A DNA stretch of 64,000 nt from Planctomycetota bacterium (GCA_038060895.1 JBBTCT010000018.1:32001-96000), one strand, 5' to 3'; positions 10,659 through 20,608 are shown, counted from the stretch's first letter. Notes: generated from the sequence alone by a model not told the origin. Made by a program: numbers and translations.

Positions 10659-11111
10659 CTACTCCGCCCGATCCACAAACCTCGGCGCCGCAGGAGCCAC
10701 GTTCCGGCCATATGCCGCCGCCGCCCGCTTTCCCTCCGCCGCCGCTCGCATCTCCTCCGACACCGTCCCTCGCGCCGCCTCCGCCATGCGCCGCGCTTCT
10801 TCCTCGCTCTTCATCACCGCTTCCAGCACCTTCGCCGTCGCTTCCAGCTCGGCCTCCACCGGCGCCGCCTCGTCGCGAGACAGGCCCCCCCGGATCGCTT
10901 CCCATTCCTCCCGCAACCCCGGCGCCGCCGCGGCCAGCCGCTCCAGCTCGCCCATGACCGCCCGCTTGCGCTCCACCATCTCCGCGAGCCCCGCGGCGTC
11001 CCCGGCAATCAGCGCCCCCTGCTCGCGCGCCAGCTCCGCCAGCCGCTCGTACCACGCGCGCCTCGCCTTCAGGCTCTCCGCCAGCTTCGCCGCCCGCGCC
11101 GCAAAATTCAT
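10659..11111 (-). CDS. FlgN-like flagellar export chaperone
   Basis: Helical, YERLAELAREQ..LI..D..L..MVERK, C-terminal AAAAYG..FVDR; flagellar context. Confidence 0.6.
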   Translation of the reverse strand: MNFAARAAKLAESLKARRAWYERLAELAREQGALIAGDAAGLAEMVERKRAVMGELERLAAAAPGLREEWEAIRGGLSRDEAAPVEAELEATAKVLEAVMKSEEEARRMAEAARGTVSEEMRAAAEGKRAAAAYGRNVAPAAPRFVDRAE

Positions 11112-13426
11112 CGCCCCACCACCAGCCGCTCCAGCAGCCGTTCGGCGGCTTCCTCCGCGCGACCGCCGTCCATCCCCGCTTTCCACGCATCCAGCGCGGC
11201 CTTGGCCCGCTCGCGGAAGCGCGCCGCCTGCTTCAGGTCCCCCAGCTTCTCGTGGCAGTCCGCCATCCGCGCCAGCGCCACCGCCGTCTCCGAGCCGCCT
11301 TTCGTGGCCCACGCCTGCCCGAACGCCTCCAGCGCCCCCGCCGTCTCTCCCACCTGCCAGAGCGACTCGCCCAGCAGAAGAGAAGTCCTCCGGGCGTCCG
11401 CCTCGCTCGCCGCGTCACGCGCCCGGCCGGGAAGCGCCAGCGCCGATCTCAGCCGCTTCGCCGCTTCGTCCCATGCGCGGCGCGTCATGGAAAGCCGTCC
11501 GAGGGTCGCCTCCGCCGTGAAGCGCTGGGCCCAGGCGGCGGGAAAACGTCGAACCGCGTCCACCAGGTTGCGCTCTGAGCGCGCAGCGCTCGCCGCCGCT
11601 TCGGAATCTCTCCCCGCAGCGCGAAGCCCCGAGGAGATCCGTGCCTGCACCTCACCGAGGGCGAAGAGCGCGTCCCGCCAGCGAGGGGCTTCGGGCGTCA
11701 CGTTGTCGTACCCGAAGAGGAAGTCCGCCAGCGTCCGCTCCGCGGCTTCGAGATTCCCCAGTGCCTCCTGCGACCGCGCCAGGGCCACGAAGGCCTCGTG
11801 CGCCCACCGCGGCGCGTTCCGGTGCTCTTCGAGGAACTTCGCCAGCTCGGTCACCGCTTCGTCGTGCCGGCCCAGTTCCTGAAGCGACCGGGCGCCGAGC
11901 CAGCGGGCTTCTGCGGAGCGTTCGTCGCTTTCGCCGAACTCGTGGGCCAGGCGCCGGAGGGGGAGGACGGCGGCCTGGTGAAACCCGCCGAGGAAGAGCT
12001 CGCGCGCGCCCAGGAAGCGGTTGTCGCTGGAGCGGGACTTGACGACCAGCGGGCCATCGGCTGCGTGGAGCCGAAGTTCAGCGGCCCGGCCATGGAGGGC
12101 ACGCGCTTCGAGTGCGATTTCCGCAGCAGGTGTTCCGGCCTGATCGGAAGTCCGTGCCCGCTCGTCGGCCAGTTCCGCCCTTCGGGCCGCGACGGCGGCC
12201 GCGAGTTCCAGGGCGGCCTCGCTGTCGCCGAGCGAGTGCGCGAGGCCTTCGGACGCGCGCGCCAGCGCTGGCAGGTCGTTCGGATCGGGGCCGTACCGGA
12301 AGAGGTTTTCGAGGTCGCTCAAGGGATCCCCGGGGGGGACGAGGGCGGCGGGGAACGGGCGGGCGCCCAGATGCTCAAAGGCTGCGGCGTACGCGGCGGC
12401 GGCGTCGGCACGGCGGCCGGCTTCGAGACGGCGGCGGGCAATTCGGGCGCGCGCGGCGAAGAGAGCCTCTGCGGACGCGGGCAAATTGCGGAATTCGGAG
12501 AAATCGCCGTGGAAGAGCGGGTCGTCTGAGGTCGCGCCGGCCTCCAGCAGGGCGATTCCGGCGCGCTCGCGAAGATCCGTCCCGGGTCCCTGGCTCAGCA
12601 GCGCGCGCAGAAGGACCGCGGCTTCCGGGGCCCGTCCCAGCGAGATCAGCGCCCCGCCGCGGTCGAGCCGGGCTTCCGCCGCGTCGCGATCGAGTCCGGC
12701 CTTCTTCAATTCGTCTGCAGCATGGCTGAGCTCCGCTTCCGCTTCTTCTGCCTGCCCGATGCGCGCAAGAACACGGCCCAGGGTGCGCCGCGAGAGGCCC
12801 CTTTCGCGTCCTTCGGCGTCCTCGCGGACGAGCCTCCGGGCGGTTTCGACTGCGCGTGCGCGGTCGTCGGCGTTTCCCGAGGCGAGGGCGAGCGCGAGGT
12901 CGCGCCGTCCGTCCGAGCCGAGATCCCGCGCGGTCTCCAGTTTTTCGAGCTCCGCGATCGCCTCGGCCGAATATCCAAGCGCGATCATCCGCCGTGCGGC
13001 AGCAAGACGCAGCCGCCGGGCCTCGCGAGCATCCGCGCCGAGCGACGACGCCTGCGCGGCGCGCCACGCGGCGAATTCCAGCGCGCTGGTCAAGGGCGCC
13101 CGCTCAAGCCCCGCTTCCTCCAGGCGCGCTGCGGCGGCGAGGAGGGAAGCGTCGCCCGCCACCGCGCGGTGTTCCGCGGGAGAATCCGGCCCGGCGGGCC
13201 GCCGGGCGAGGACGACTTCCGCGCGGATTCGGGCTTCGGAGAATCGACCTTCCGCCATGGCCCTGCGAGCGCGGTCGAGCTCCGCTCGTTCGGCCGCGAC
13301 GCCGACGCCGCCACCGGCGAAGAGCCAGAGGATGGGGAGGGAGGCGAGGGCGGCGAGAAAGAGGGCGATGCGCCAGCGGGCGGCGAGGCGCCAGGGGGAG
13401 CGTGGGGAATCGGCGGGGGCGGCCAC
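11108..13426 (-). CDS. Membrane-anchored TPR repeat protein
   Basis: N-terminal TM helix followed by Ala-rich TPR-like helices. Confidence 0.7.
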   Translation of the reverse strand: MAAPADSPRSPWRLAARWRIALFLAALASLPILWLFAGGGVGVAAERAELDRARRAMAEGRFSEARIRAEVVLARRPAGPDSPAEHRAVAGDASLLAAAARLEEAGLERAPLTSALEFAAWRAAQASSLGADAREARRLRLAAARRMIALGYSAEAIAELEKLETARDLGSDGRRDLALALASGNADDRARAVETARRLVREDAEGRERGLSRRTLGRVLARIGQAEEAEAELSHAADELKKAGLDRDAAEARLDRGGALISLGRAPEAAVLLRALLSQGPGTDLRERAGIALLEAGATSDDPLFHGDFSEFRNLPASAEALFAARARIARRRLEAGRRADAAAAYAAAFEHLGARPFPAALVPPGDPLSDLENLFRYGPDPNDLPALARASEGLAHSLGDSEAALELAAAVAARRAELADERARTSDQAGTPAAEIALEARALHGRAAELRLHAADGPLVVKSRSSDNRFLGARELFLGGFHQAAVLPLRRLAHEFGESDERSAEARWLGARSLQELGRHDEAVTELAKFLEEHRNAPRWAHEAFVALARSQEALGNLEAAERTLADFLFGYDNVTPEAPRWRDALFALGEVQARISSGLRAAGRDSEAAASAARSERNLVDAVRRFPAAWAQRFTAEATLGRLSMTRRAWDEAAKRLRSALALPGRARDAASEADARRTSLLLGESLWQVGETAGALEAFGQAWATKGGSETAVALARMADCHEKLGDLKQAARFRERAKAALDAWKAGMDGGRAEEAAERLLERLVVGR

Positions 13427-13429
13427 GGC

Positions 13430-13765
13430 TCAGGCCTTCGGCGCGTAATAGTCGGGGAATTTCTTGGCCATGATCTCCTTGATCTCGAGGAGCTGGTGGT
13501 GCAGCTTGAGCAGCTTGATCCACTCGATGATCTTGAAGACGGGTTCGTCATAGAGCCGGTGGCCGGACTTGGTCGCCTCGGCGGCGTGGATGAGGCCGAG
13601 CATCGTGTAGTTGTGAACGGTCTGGCGTGTGAGTCCGGTGTACTGCATGACTTCGCCGATCTTGAAAAGTTTGCGTGGGCCTGAAGTCGGAGGGGCCGTG
13701 GCCGGCGCGGGCGCCGGTTCGGGGTCCTTGGCGGTGCGAGTTGTGCGGCGGGTGGAACCGGCCAT
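13430..13765 (-). CDS. MerR-family HTH regulator
   Basis: FKIGEV...GLTRQTVHNY...GLI......GHRLY. Confidence 0.85.
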   Translation of the reverse strand: MAGSTRRTTRTAKDPEPAPAPATAPPTSGPRKLFKIGEVMQYTGLTRQTVHNYTMLGLIHAAEATKSGHRLYDEPVFKIIEWIKLLKLHHQLLEIKEIMAKKFPDYYAPKA

Positions 13766-13838
13766 GGCGGGAACGACCTCCGGGGAAGGGGACTCGACGG
13801 AAATGGTACGGCATGAAAGAGGGGGGCGGGCAGGCGGA

Positions 13839-13873
13839 TTTACATTATGTCAGTCATAAAATGTAAAGTGTAA
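13839..13873 (-). promoter_or_regulatory. Putative promoter/operator of the MerR-led operon
   Basis: Dyad TTTACATT(13839-46)/AATGTAAA(13860-67); minus strand TTTACA-N19-CATAAT. Confidence 0.45.
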
Positions 13874-13886
13874 ATTAGTATCGGCA

Positions 13887-14030
13887 GACCGCGCACGAAA
13901 CCTTCGGCCTTCGACGCGCGACGCTGGCCCGTCCGGCGCGCTCAAGGAGCGGAATCTTGTGCCGGGGCTTACCGTGCGCGCCGGACGAGCCATCGCCGCA
14001 CGCCTCCGGCCGAAGGTTTCGCGCGCGGTC
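13887..14030. repeat. Long imperfect inverted repeat (~55-bp arms)
   Basis: Arms 13887-13941 and 13976-14030; most mismatches become G-T wobbles on the minus strand. Confidence 0.85.
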
Positions 14031-14055
14031 CGGGTCCTTGATCGATGGCCGCCGC

Positions 14056-15981
14056 CTAGACCCTTACTTCCAGATCGTCTCCTGAAGCCAGCTCCACCCC
14101 GCTCAGCGCCGGCTCCACTTCCTCGAGCAGGAACAGATCCACCTGCTCCGGGGCGCGCCCGACGTACCGCTTTGCATCCAGCAACTCCGCGCCCTTCCCC
14201 TTGAGCACGGCGAACGCCGGGTCCGCCGCGAGCCGCTCGAACAAGTCGTTCGGCTTGCCTTCTTCGCGGACTTTCGCGAAGGCCGCCACTGAGGCCTCGC
14301 GGATTTTCTCGTGAAGCTGCTGCCGGTCGCCGCCCGCCTTGACCGCCGCCATCAGGAGGTCCTCCGTCGCGAGGAACGGAAGCTCCTGTCGCAGATAGTT
14401 GTCGATCACCTTCGGGTAGACGACCAGCCCCTCGGCCACGCTGATCACGAGATTGAGAATCGCATCAGCGCCGAGGAACGCCTCCGGCACGCTCAGCCGC
14501 TTGTTCGCCGAATCGTCGAGCGTCCGCTCAAACCACTGCGCCGCCGCCGTGAGCGGCATGTTCGCTTCCAGCGAAATCACAAACCGCGCCAGCCCCGCGA
14601 TCCGCTCGCTCTTCGCGGGGTTCTGCTTGTACGCCATCGCGCTGGACCCGACCTGCCCTTTCCCGAACGGCTCCTGAAGCTCGCCGCGCGACTGCGCCAG
14701 ACGCACGTCGTTTGAAAATTTCGCCGCACTCTGCGCGATCCCGGACAGCGCCGCCATCACCTGCGCGTCCACCTTGCGCGTGTACGTCTGCCCTGTGACC
14801 CGGAACGCGCTCTTGAACCCCATCTTCTTGGTCAGCCGCCGATCCAGGTCCTCCACTTTCTCCTTGTCCCCTTCGAACAGCGCCAGGAACGACGCCTGCG
14901 TCCCAATCGCTCCCTTCACGCCCAGGAACCGAAGCGAGTCCCTCCGCGCGATCAGCTCCTTGAGGTCGATGAGCAGGTCCTGCAGCCACAGGCAAGCGCG
15001 CCGCCCCACCGTCGTCACCTGCGCGGGCTGAAAGTGCGTGAAACCGAGGCAGGGAGTGTTCTTCCACTTCGCCGCAAAGTCCGCGAGCGCCCGGCATGCC
15101 CTCGCCACCTTCGGAATCAGCAGCCCCAGCGCTTCCCGCATCACGATCAGGTCCGTGTTGTCCACCACGAACATGCTCGTCGCGCCCAGGTGGATGATCC
15201 CCGCCGCGCCCGGCGCCTGCTCGCCGTAATGGCGGATGTGCGCCATCACGTCGTGCCGCGTCTCGCGTTCGATCTCCGAAGCCCGGCTCGCGTCCACACG
15301 GTCGCGCGCCGACTTCAGCTCGCCGATCTGCGTCTCCGTGATCGGCAGTCCCAGCTCCTTCTCCGCCTCCGCCAGCGCAATCCAAAGGTCGCGCCACGTC
15401 GTAAACCGCTTCCTGTCCCCGAAGAGCTCGATCATCCTCCGCCCCGCATACCGCTGAGTCAGCGGGTTCACCCAGTCCGTCGCCGTCCCTCCCGGGGTGA
15501 CGTTGCGCGGCACCGCGGGAAGGGGAGTGAGCGGCCGCGATGACGACGGCCGCACCCCACGACGTACTTCGGCCTTGTCGTAATCCTGCGGCCCGTTTGC
15601 AGGCGCCACGGGCGGCGGCCGGTCCTTCCTGCGGAACGAACGCGTCGCTTCGTCCCGGCTCTTGTACCGCTTCAGGAAATCGTTCAGCCCCAGCGTGTCG
15701 AACTGCGCCTGGACCCGCGTCCCAACCTGCACCAGCGCGACCGACCCGCCCGCCGTTTCGTTCTCGTCCGTAAACGTCACGAGCATCGCAATCCCTACGC
15801 TCGCCACGAAATCCACCGCTTCCATGTCGATCACGAAATCCCGCATCCCGCCGCGCCTCAGGTTTTCCAGCGCTTCCTGCAGAAGCGGAGTCCCCGACTG
15901 GTCGATTTTCCCGCGGAGCACGATGAGCCGCGCGTTCGAGTCCTCCGGGAGCCTCGAGACGGCGATATCGAGCTCGCTCAC
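14056..15981 (-). CDS. purB: Adenylosuccinate lyase with N-terminal STAS domain
   Basis: aa ~1-115 STAS (LRGKID, IDMEAVDFVASVG); then NPLTQRYA, TRHDVMAH, IHLGATS, GFTHFQPAQ, GSSAMAYKQNP. Confidence 0.92.
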   Translation of the reverse strand: MSELDIAVSRLPEDSNARLIVLRGKIDQSGTPLLQEALENLRRGGMRDFVIDMEAVDFVASVGIAMLVTFTDENETAGGSVALVQVGTRVQAQFDTLGLNDFLKRYKSRDEATRSFRRKDRPPPVAPANGPQDYDKAEVRRGVRPSSSRPLTPLPAVPRNVTPGGTATDWVNPLTQRYAGRRMIELFGDRKRFTTWRDLWIALAEAEKELGLPITETQIGELKSARDRVDASRASEIERETRHDVMAHIRHYGEQAPGAAGIIHLGATSMFVVDNTDLIVMREALGLLIPKVARACRALADFAAKWKNTPCLGFTHFQPAQVTTVGRRACLWLQDLLIDLKELIARRDSLRFLGVKGAIGTQASFLALFEGDKEKVEDLDRRLTKKMGFKSAFRVTGQTYTRKVDAQVMAALSGIAQSAAKFSNDVRLAQSRGELQEPFGKGQVGSSAMAYKQNPAKSERIAGLARFVISLEANMPLTAAAQWFERTLDDSANKRLSVPEAFLGADAILNLVISVAEGLVVYPKVIDNYLRQELPFLATEDLLMAAVKAGGDRQQLHEKIREASVAAFAKVREEGKPNDLFERLAADPAFAVLKGKGAELLDAKRYVGRAPEQVDLFLLEEVEPALSGVELASGDDLEVRV

Positions 15982-16397
15982 TGGATCGTCGCCTTCTGCG
16001 CCGGCAGCCAGAGCGCAATCGCGACGTAGACCCCGAGGACAAGCAGGAGCAGAGTCGAAACGAGCCAGACGCGGGTCAGGCGCCGCGGCATCACGAGTTC
16101 GGCGAGGACGAACGCGCCGAGAGGCAGGAAGAGCAGCGCGCCCAGCTGCGCTACGGCGCCGAAGAGCGGCTTCGAAAATGCCGGAATCACGCTTCCGCCG
16201 ATTTCAAGGCGCGACGCCAGCGCATTGACGTGATAGACGCTCCAGCCCGCAAGCGTTCCGTAGAGAAGAAGGGTCAGCCCGAGGTACGAATAGTGAACCG
16301 CCGGTTCCGCGCGATCGTTCCCGGTCTGCGGCGTCGCCCCCGGCAGCCCCGCCGGAGTCGGATTCGCCTGTCCCGCCGGCATTGTCTCGTCAGTCAC
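15978..16397 (-). CDS. Hypothetical 3-TM membrane protein
   Basis: Hydrophobic helices; overlaps neighbours like an operon member. Confidence 0.55.
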   Translation of the reverse strand: MTDETMPAGQANPTPAGLPGATPQTGNDRAEPAVHYSYLGLTLLLYGTLAGWSVYHVNALASRLEIGGSVIPAFSKPLFGAVAQLGALLFLPLGAFVLAELVMPRRLTRVWLVSTLLLLVLGVYVAIALWLPAQKATIQ

Positions 16398-16668
16398 GCG
16401 GCCTCCCCGCTCCTGCTTCCTCGAGCATCCGGGCAAAACGCGCGGGTTCCATCCGGAACTTGCACGCCAGCTGACCGTCGATGAAGGCCTGCGGCACCGA
16501 CTCCGCGTACTCCGCCGCCAGCGCCGCATCTTCCAGCACGTTGACCACCTCGACCTCGAACCCGTACCACATCAGGAACGCCTCGGCCGCCCCCTTCATC
16601 TCGTCACAAAGAGGGCAGCCGGGTCGTGAGAGGATCTTGACGCGGACGTCAGTGCTTGGGGAACTCAA
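16390..16668 (-). CDS. Glutaredoxin-like protein (DUF836 type)
   Basis: ILSRPGCPLCDE...EVVNV......YAESVP..FIDG; start uncertain (TTG). Confidence 0.75.
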   Translation of the reverse strand: MSSPSTDVRVKILSRPGCPLCDEMKGAAEAFLMWYGFEVEVVNVLEDAALAAEYAESVPQAFIDGQLACKFRMEPARFARMLEEAGAGRPRD

Positions 16669-17512
16669 ACTTCGCCTCGTTCTCCTTCCACCACGCCTTC
16701 CACTTGTCCGCCACCGCCCAGCGGTCTTCCTTCCCCGCATACATCTTGTAACCCATGTCGAACCCCGTTCCCCACTTCAGCCCCTCGATCGCCATCATCC
16801 GGATCTCGGGAACCTCGCTGTACAGGAAGTCGATCAGTGACTTCACGCCGTCGCGACACTCCGCTCTCGTCAGCGCATCGGCCAGCATCACCCTCCATGC
16901 TTCCGTGCCTTCGTTGGAGTGCTTGAGAAGCGCCTGCCGGGTCGCGTCGTGCGGATCCCACGCGGACATGATCTTCAGCAACTCGCCGCGAACGCTTCCG
17001 TCGCTGAGATACGGCTCCAGGATGGGTGCGGCCTCCGCCGGCTTCGATTTCGTGAGAACCAGGATCGCGTTCGGCCGGGAGGGTGACTGAAGCTTGCGGA
17101 CGAGGAGGACGAGGTAGGGAAGCAGCTTGTCCGAAGGAAGGGCCAGTCCTTCCTCGATGGCCTTTTCGGGCTTCAGCTCATGAAGCGCCTTGAGGTACGC
17201 GTCGATATTGGCGCGGACCACGGGGTCCATCGGGGTGCCGGCGAGCGCGCTTTCGAGATCATCTCCGCTCAGCGGACGAGAGGGGGGCGAGAGCGCGTCC
17301 ACCTTCCGCTGCAGCACGGTCATAAGCTGGTTGAGGGCGCGGACATCCCGTTCGAGTTCCGCGACGTGCTTGATCATCTCGCGCACGGTGTTGTCGGAAG
17401 CGGCCTGCCGCTCCGCGACGTTGTCCAACCCCACGGAAACCTTTTCGACGTCGCCGGGCGTCGCACAACCCGCTGCGGCAACGGCAAAGAGCAAGGCAGA
17501 GAACTTCTTCAC
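16649..17512 (-). CDS. Lipoprotein with coiled coil and HEAT-like repeats
   Basis: GTG start with RBS; lipobox AAGC; C-terminal WKAWW typical of HEAT proteins. Confidence 0.7.
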   Translation of the reverse strand: MKKFSALLFAVAAAGCATPGDVEKVSVGLDNVAERQAASDNTVREMIKHVAELERDVRALNQLMTVLQRKVDALSPPSRPLSGDDLESALAGTPMDPVVRANIDAYLKALHELKPEKAIEEGLALPSDKLLPYLVLLVRKLQSPSRPNAILVLTKSKPAEAAPILEPYLSDGSVRGELLKIMSAWDPHDATRQALLKHSNEGTEAWRVMLADALTRAECRDGVKSLIDFLYSEVPEIRMMAIEGLKWGTGFDMGYKMYAGKEDRWAVADKWKAWWKENEAKFEFPKH

Positions 17513-17624
17513 GGGCGATCCTCCAAGTCGCGGCGTTGGCCGCGTGTGTCCCCCCGGGGACGAAGGGCTGAGCGTCGGGCGAAGGGGGGATTGTAGTGAT
17601 CTGCCGCTCGTTCGGCCAGAGCGA

Positions 17625-17746
17625 CTCATAGCGTGAGAAACAATCCGGTGGGTCAGGCTGCGTCGGCCCAGTGGTGGTTGTTTGCAGGGCTCTTCTTTTT
17701 CGGGCCGACTCCGCCCGACCCACCGGATTGTTTCTCACGCTATGAG
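17625..17746. repeat. Long inverted repeat (45-bp arms, 3 mismatches)
   Basis: 17625-17669 vs 17702-17746. Confidence 0.9.
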
Positions 17747-17819
17747 GGAAAACGACTCTTCTGAACGAAGTGTCTGAACATTCCTCATCGCGGGCCCGAT
17801 TTCAGCACGCAGTTTTCCC

Positions 17820-17940
17820 AGCGCGCGTGAACCTTGCGAGCGACGGCGAGCGGTCGGGGCTCGCGGCACGGCGTCGAGCCTTTCCGACGCCGGGCCGCGA
17901 GGTCCGACCGCCGACGGCGTTCGCAAGGTTCACGCGCGCT
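17820..17940. repeat. Long imperfect inverted repeat downstream of purM
   Basis: AGCGCGCGTGAACCTTGCGA...TCGCAAGGTTCACGCGCGCT with a continuing imperfect stem and short loop. Confidence 0.85.
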
Positions 17941-19004
17941 CACCACTTGATCGCGACTTCGCGCTTGCCCCGCTTGACGGTGCCTACGATGGCGGCGGTC
18001 TCGCCGGATTCCTGCAGCCGGCGGACGACGGCCTTCGCGTAGTACGGATCGACGATCATGACCAGTCCCAGGCCCATGTTGAAGACGCGGACCATTTCGT
18101 CGTCCGGGATGCCGCCCTTCTCCTGCAGGAAGCTGAAAATGCGCGGGACGGGGATTTCGCCGATCTTGATTTCGACGTCCACGTCCGGAGGAATCACGCG
18201 CGGGACATTTTCCACGATCCCGCCGCCCGTGATGTGAGCGATTGCTTTCACCACCTTCTTTGTCCGGTAGGGCGCAAGCACGTGTTTCATGGACCGGACG
18301 TAAATCCGGGTCGGCGTCAGCAGTTCCTCGCCGAGCGTGCCGCGGAGCCCTTCGATCCGGTCCTCGAGCTTCAACCCCGCTTTTTCGAGAAGGACCTTGC
18401 GCACGAGGGTGAAGCCGTTCGAGTGAAGCCCGCTCGACCCGACGCCGATCACCGCGTCGCCGACGCAGACCGATTTCCCGTCGATGATCCGGTCGCGTTC
18501 CACGATTCCCGTGCAGAATCCGCCCATCTCGTATTCGCCTGTCCCATAGTCGTCAGGGTGCTGCGCCGTCTCGCCGCCGAGCAGAACACAGTCCGACAAT
18601 TCGCAGCCGCGAACCAGGCCCTTCACCACGTCCAGCATCAGCGCCTCGTCCATTGGCCCGACGGCAATGTAGTCGAGGAAGAACAGCGGCTCGGCACCGG
18701 AGACGATGAGGTCGTTCACGCTCATGGCGACCAGGTCGATCCCGACCGTGTCGTGCTTCCCGGTGGCCTGCGCGATCTTCAGTTTCGTTCCGACTCCGTC
18801 CGCGCAACCGACCAGGACGGGGTCCTTGTATTGCTTCTTGAAGAGGTTCGCGGGGCCGTTCAGGGCGAAGAAGCCGGCGTACCCCCAGTCGTTCTGGATG
18901 ACGCGCGGGTTGTAAGTGCGGCGCATGAGGCCGAAGAGTTTGTCGATGAAGCGGTCTTTGGCGACCGTATCGACGCCGGCGTCCTTGTAGGTCATGCGCG
19001 CCAT
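17940..19004 (-). CDS. purM: AIR synthase
   Basis: YKDAGVD, DGVGTK, GIDLVAMSVND, GAEPLFFLDY, GGETA, SSGLHSNG, HITGGG. Confidence 0.98.
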   Translation of the reverse strand: MARMTYKDAGVDTVAKDRFIDKLFGLMRRTYNPRVIQNDWGYAGFFALNGPANLFKKQYKDPVLVGCADGVGTKLKIAQATGKHDTVGIDLVAMSVNDLIVSGAEPLFFLDYIAVGPMDEALMLDVVKGLVRGCELSDCVLLGGETAQHPDDYGTGEYEMGGFCTGIVERDRIIDGKSVCVGDAVIGVGSSGLHSNGFTLVRKVLLEKAGLKLEDRIEGLRGTLGEELLTPTRIYVRSMKHVLAPYRTKKVVKAIAHITGGGIVENVPRVIPPDVDVEIKIGEIPVPRIFSFLQEKGGIPDDEMVRVFNMGLGLVMIVDPYYAKAVVRRLQESGETAAIVGTVKRGKREVAIKW

Positions 19005-19055
19005 GGATCGTGGGCTCCTGTTGATTGCGGGCGCGGGATGCTAACCGAGGGAGGA

Positions 19056-19137
19056 GGTAGTTGGTAGGAGGTAGGGGGTAGTAAAGACGCGCGTGCCCAA
19101 AGTGCCGTAACTACCCCCTACCCACTACCCCCTGCCC
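19056..19137. repeat. Inverted tandem heptamer repeat (GGTAGNN)x4 ... (CTACCCC)-like x4
   Basis: Read directly in the purF-purM gap. Confidence 0.8.
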
Positions 19138-20561
19138 TAGCATTTCTGCTGTTCGTGCTGCAACTTCTCGAATTTCTCATTCACCGGGACGCGGTAACTC
19201 CCGCTGTAGCAGGCGGTGCAGTAGTGATCCTTCGGGCTCGACACCGCGCCCAGAAGTCCCTCAAGCGAGAGGTATCCCAGCGAGTCGAGGTCGAGATGCC
19301 GCCGGATCTCCTCGACATTCATGCGCGCGGCGATCAGTTCCTCCGGATTTGGGAAGTCGATCCCATAGAAACACGGATGGGCGATCGGCGGGCAGGAGAT
19401 GCGCATGTGGACCTCCTTCGCTCCCGCCTGCCGCAGCATCTTGACGCGGCCGCGGCTGGTCGTGCCGCGGATGATCGAGTCATCGACGACCACAACGCGC
19501 TTCCCGCGCACGACCTCGGCGATCACGTTGAGCTTGAGCCCGACCCCCGAGATGCGCGCTCCCTGTGTCGGGGCGATGAAGGTGCGCCCGATGTAATGGT
19601 TGCGGACGAAGCCGTGGTCGAGCGGGATTCCCGACGCATGCGAGAAGCCGAGCGCCGCGTCGTTCCCGCTGTCGGGGATCGGCACCACGATGTCTCCCTG
19701 CGCGGGATGCTCCTTCGCCAGCGCCCGCCCGAGATTCATGCGCACCCCGTGCACGTTGTCGCCGAAAACACGCGAGTCCGGGCGCGCAAAGTAGACGTGC
19801 TCGAAGATGCAGTGCGCAGGCGTCTCGGGCTTTTCGTGGAAAAAGAACGAACGCTCGCCCTTCGAGGAAAACTCCACCACCTCTCCCGCCTTGACGTCCC
19901 GCACGTACTTCGCGCCCACGATGTCCAGCGCGCACGTTTCGCTCGCCACCACCGGCACGCCGTCCAGCTCCCCGATGCACAGCGGACGGAACGCGTGCCG
20001 GTCCCGGATCGCGTAGAGCCGGTCCTTCGAGAGGATGAGAAGCGAAAACGCGCCGCGAAGCTGCCGGAGCGCGCGGATCATCCTCTCGTCCTCCGATCCG
20101 TCCCAGGGCTGCGCCAGCAGGTGCATGATCGTCTCGCTGTCGGTCGAAGTCTGGAAAATCGACCCGCGCGACTCAAACTCACGGCGAAGCTGCCCGCTGT
20201 TCACGAGGTTCCCGTTGTGCGCGATCGCGAGCGGACCCGCGGCGTAGTTAAAGAGAAGCGGCTGCGCGTTCTGGATCGTGCTCGACCCCGTCGTGCTGTA
20301 GCGGACGTGCCCGATGGCGACCGGATTGCGCAGCGAAGCGAGGACTTCATCCGTAAAAATGTCGCCGACCTGTCCCATTTCCCGGTGCGCCAGGAGATTT
20401 CCGCCGCTCGTCGAGCAGATCCCCGCGCTTTCCTGTCCGCGATGCTGAAGCGAGTAAAGCCCGTAGTACGTCTTGTGCACCGCTTCCGGGTGCCCGTAGA
20501 TCCCGAAGAGCCCGCAGAATTCCCGCGGCCCTTCACCCGTCGCGTCGCGTTCGTCGCTCAT
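19137..20561 (-). CDS. purF: Amidophosphoribosyltransferase
   Basis: Propeptide then CGLFG, LQHRGQESAG, GHVRYST, VVVDDSIIRGTT, Fe-S Cys (CFYG, CTAC). Confidence 0.97.
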   Translation of the reverse strand: MSDERDATGEGPREFCGLFGIYGHPEAVHKTYYGLYSLQHRGQESAGICSTSGGNLLAHREMGQVGDIFTDEVLASLRNPVAIGHVRYSTTGSSTIQNAQPLLFNYAAGPLAIAHNGNLVNSGQLRREFESRGSIFQTSTDSETIMHLLAQPWDGSEDERMIRALRQLRGAFSLLILSKDRLYAIRDRHAFRPLCIGELDGVPVVASETCALDIVGAKYVRDVKAGEVVEFSSKGERSFFFHEKPETPAHCIFEHVYFARPDSRVFGDNVHGVRMNLGRALAKEHPAQGDIVVPIPDSGNDAALGFSHASGIPLDHGFVRNHYIGRTFIAPTQGARISGVGLKLNVIAEVVRGKRVVVVDDSIIRGTTSRGRVKMLRQAGAKEVHMRISCPPIAHPCFYGIDFPNPEELIAARMNVEEIRRHLDLDSLGYLSLEGLLGAVSSPKDHYCTACYSGSYRVPVNEKFEKLQHEQQKC

Positions 20562-20608
20562 GATCCCCCAGTAGATCGACTTTCCGACTTCGTTGCAAAT
20601 CTGCCGCT

